Shown piece after piece: positions 27,147 to 27,286 of a stretch of DNA of 27,286 bases; the first letter of the stretch is position 1; each line of letters opens with the position of its first letter. The translations under genes were made by a program, and so were the position numbers. The stretch comes from an uncultured Actinomycetes bacterium (GTDB taxonomy: Bacteria; Actinomycetota; Thermoleophilia; RBG-16-64-13). The stretch spans positions 1 through 27,286 of the forward strand of contig CAVPLM010000009.1 of the NCBI GenBank assembly GCA_963706025.1, in the 5' to 3' direction. Under the pieces are notes generated by a model. It ran no database searches and was not told where the DNA came from. It worked only from the letters and a program-made list of their open reading frames with translations.

Positions 27147-27286
27147 TCAGCCGGCGAGCTCTGCCAAACCAAGTTGGATGGTGACTGCCCGCTCCACGAG
27201 TTGAAGGTCGAAGGGCGAGAGGCGGCCGGCCAGGCCCACAAGCCCGCGCCTTGGCTACGGTGGTTAGCTGATCGGCCATTGCTTTG
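27147..27286 (-). CDS. mazF: 3' end of PemK/MazF family toxin, partial, apparent frameshift ~27245
   Basis: KAMADQLTTVAKAR then (removing one G) LVGLAGRLSPFDLQLVERAVTIQLGLAELAG*, a typical MazF C-terminus; missed by the ORF track. Confidence 0.75.

Noticed and set aside
25530-27147. Integron cassette array or IS boundaries around the TA genes
   Set aside because: No convincing attC (RYYYAAC..GTTRRRY with internal symmetry), terminal inverted repeats, transposase or integrase seen.
27073-27279. 68-aa ORF as an independent gene
   Set aside because: Its first residues are an internal MazF segment and the rest is out-of-frame read-through.

Overview
GC-rich bacterial chromosomal window, inferred to be Actinomycetota (possibly Thermoleophilia-like) from SigE-family ECF sigmas, SLH domains and sigma28-type promoters. 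About ten single-base indels, mostly at short G/C/A runs, split ordinary genes and create false fusions in the ORF track (the 760-aa and 1003-aa ORFs), probably unpolished long-read error. Left half: OsmF/YehZYXW-type osmoprotectant ABC operon, CocE/NonD hydrolase, DUF4388 protein, EamA transporter, UbiA+UbiE pair, CoA-type Nudix, GT39/ArnT-like glycosyltransferase, VOC protein and a Phd-VapC pair with a disabled toxin. Right half: two direct-repeat paralogous modules of ECF sigma -> membrane-anchored BNR beta-propeller (candidate anti-sigma) -> SnoaL/NTF2-like lipoprotein, each with a conserved ECF-type promoter. They enclose a small orphan gene, a GAF-GAF-HD-GYP-Cache-like-GGDEF enzyme with a sigma28-type promoter and an SLH-anchored protein ending in a LecA-like lectin domain. 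The window ends in a toxin-antitoxin stack (MazF, MqsR-like/MqsA, truncated BrnT/BrnA). The duplicated three-gene ECF module is the best candidate for an undescribed system. All domain calls are by motif recognition; no searches were run.
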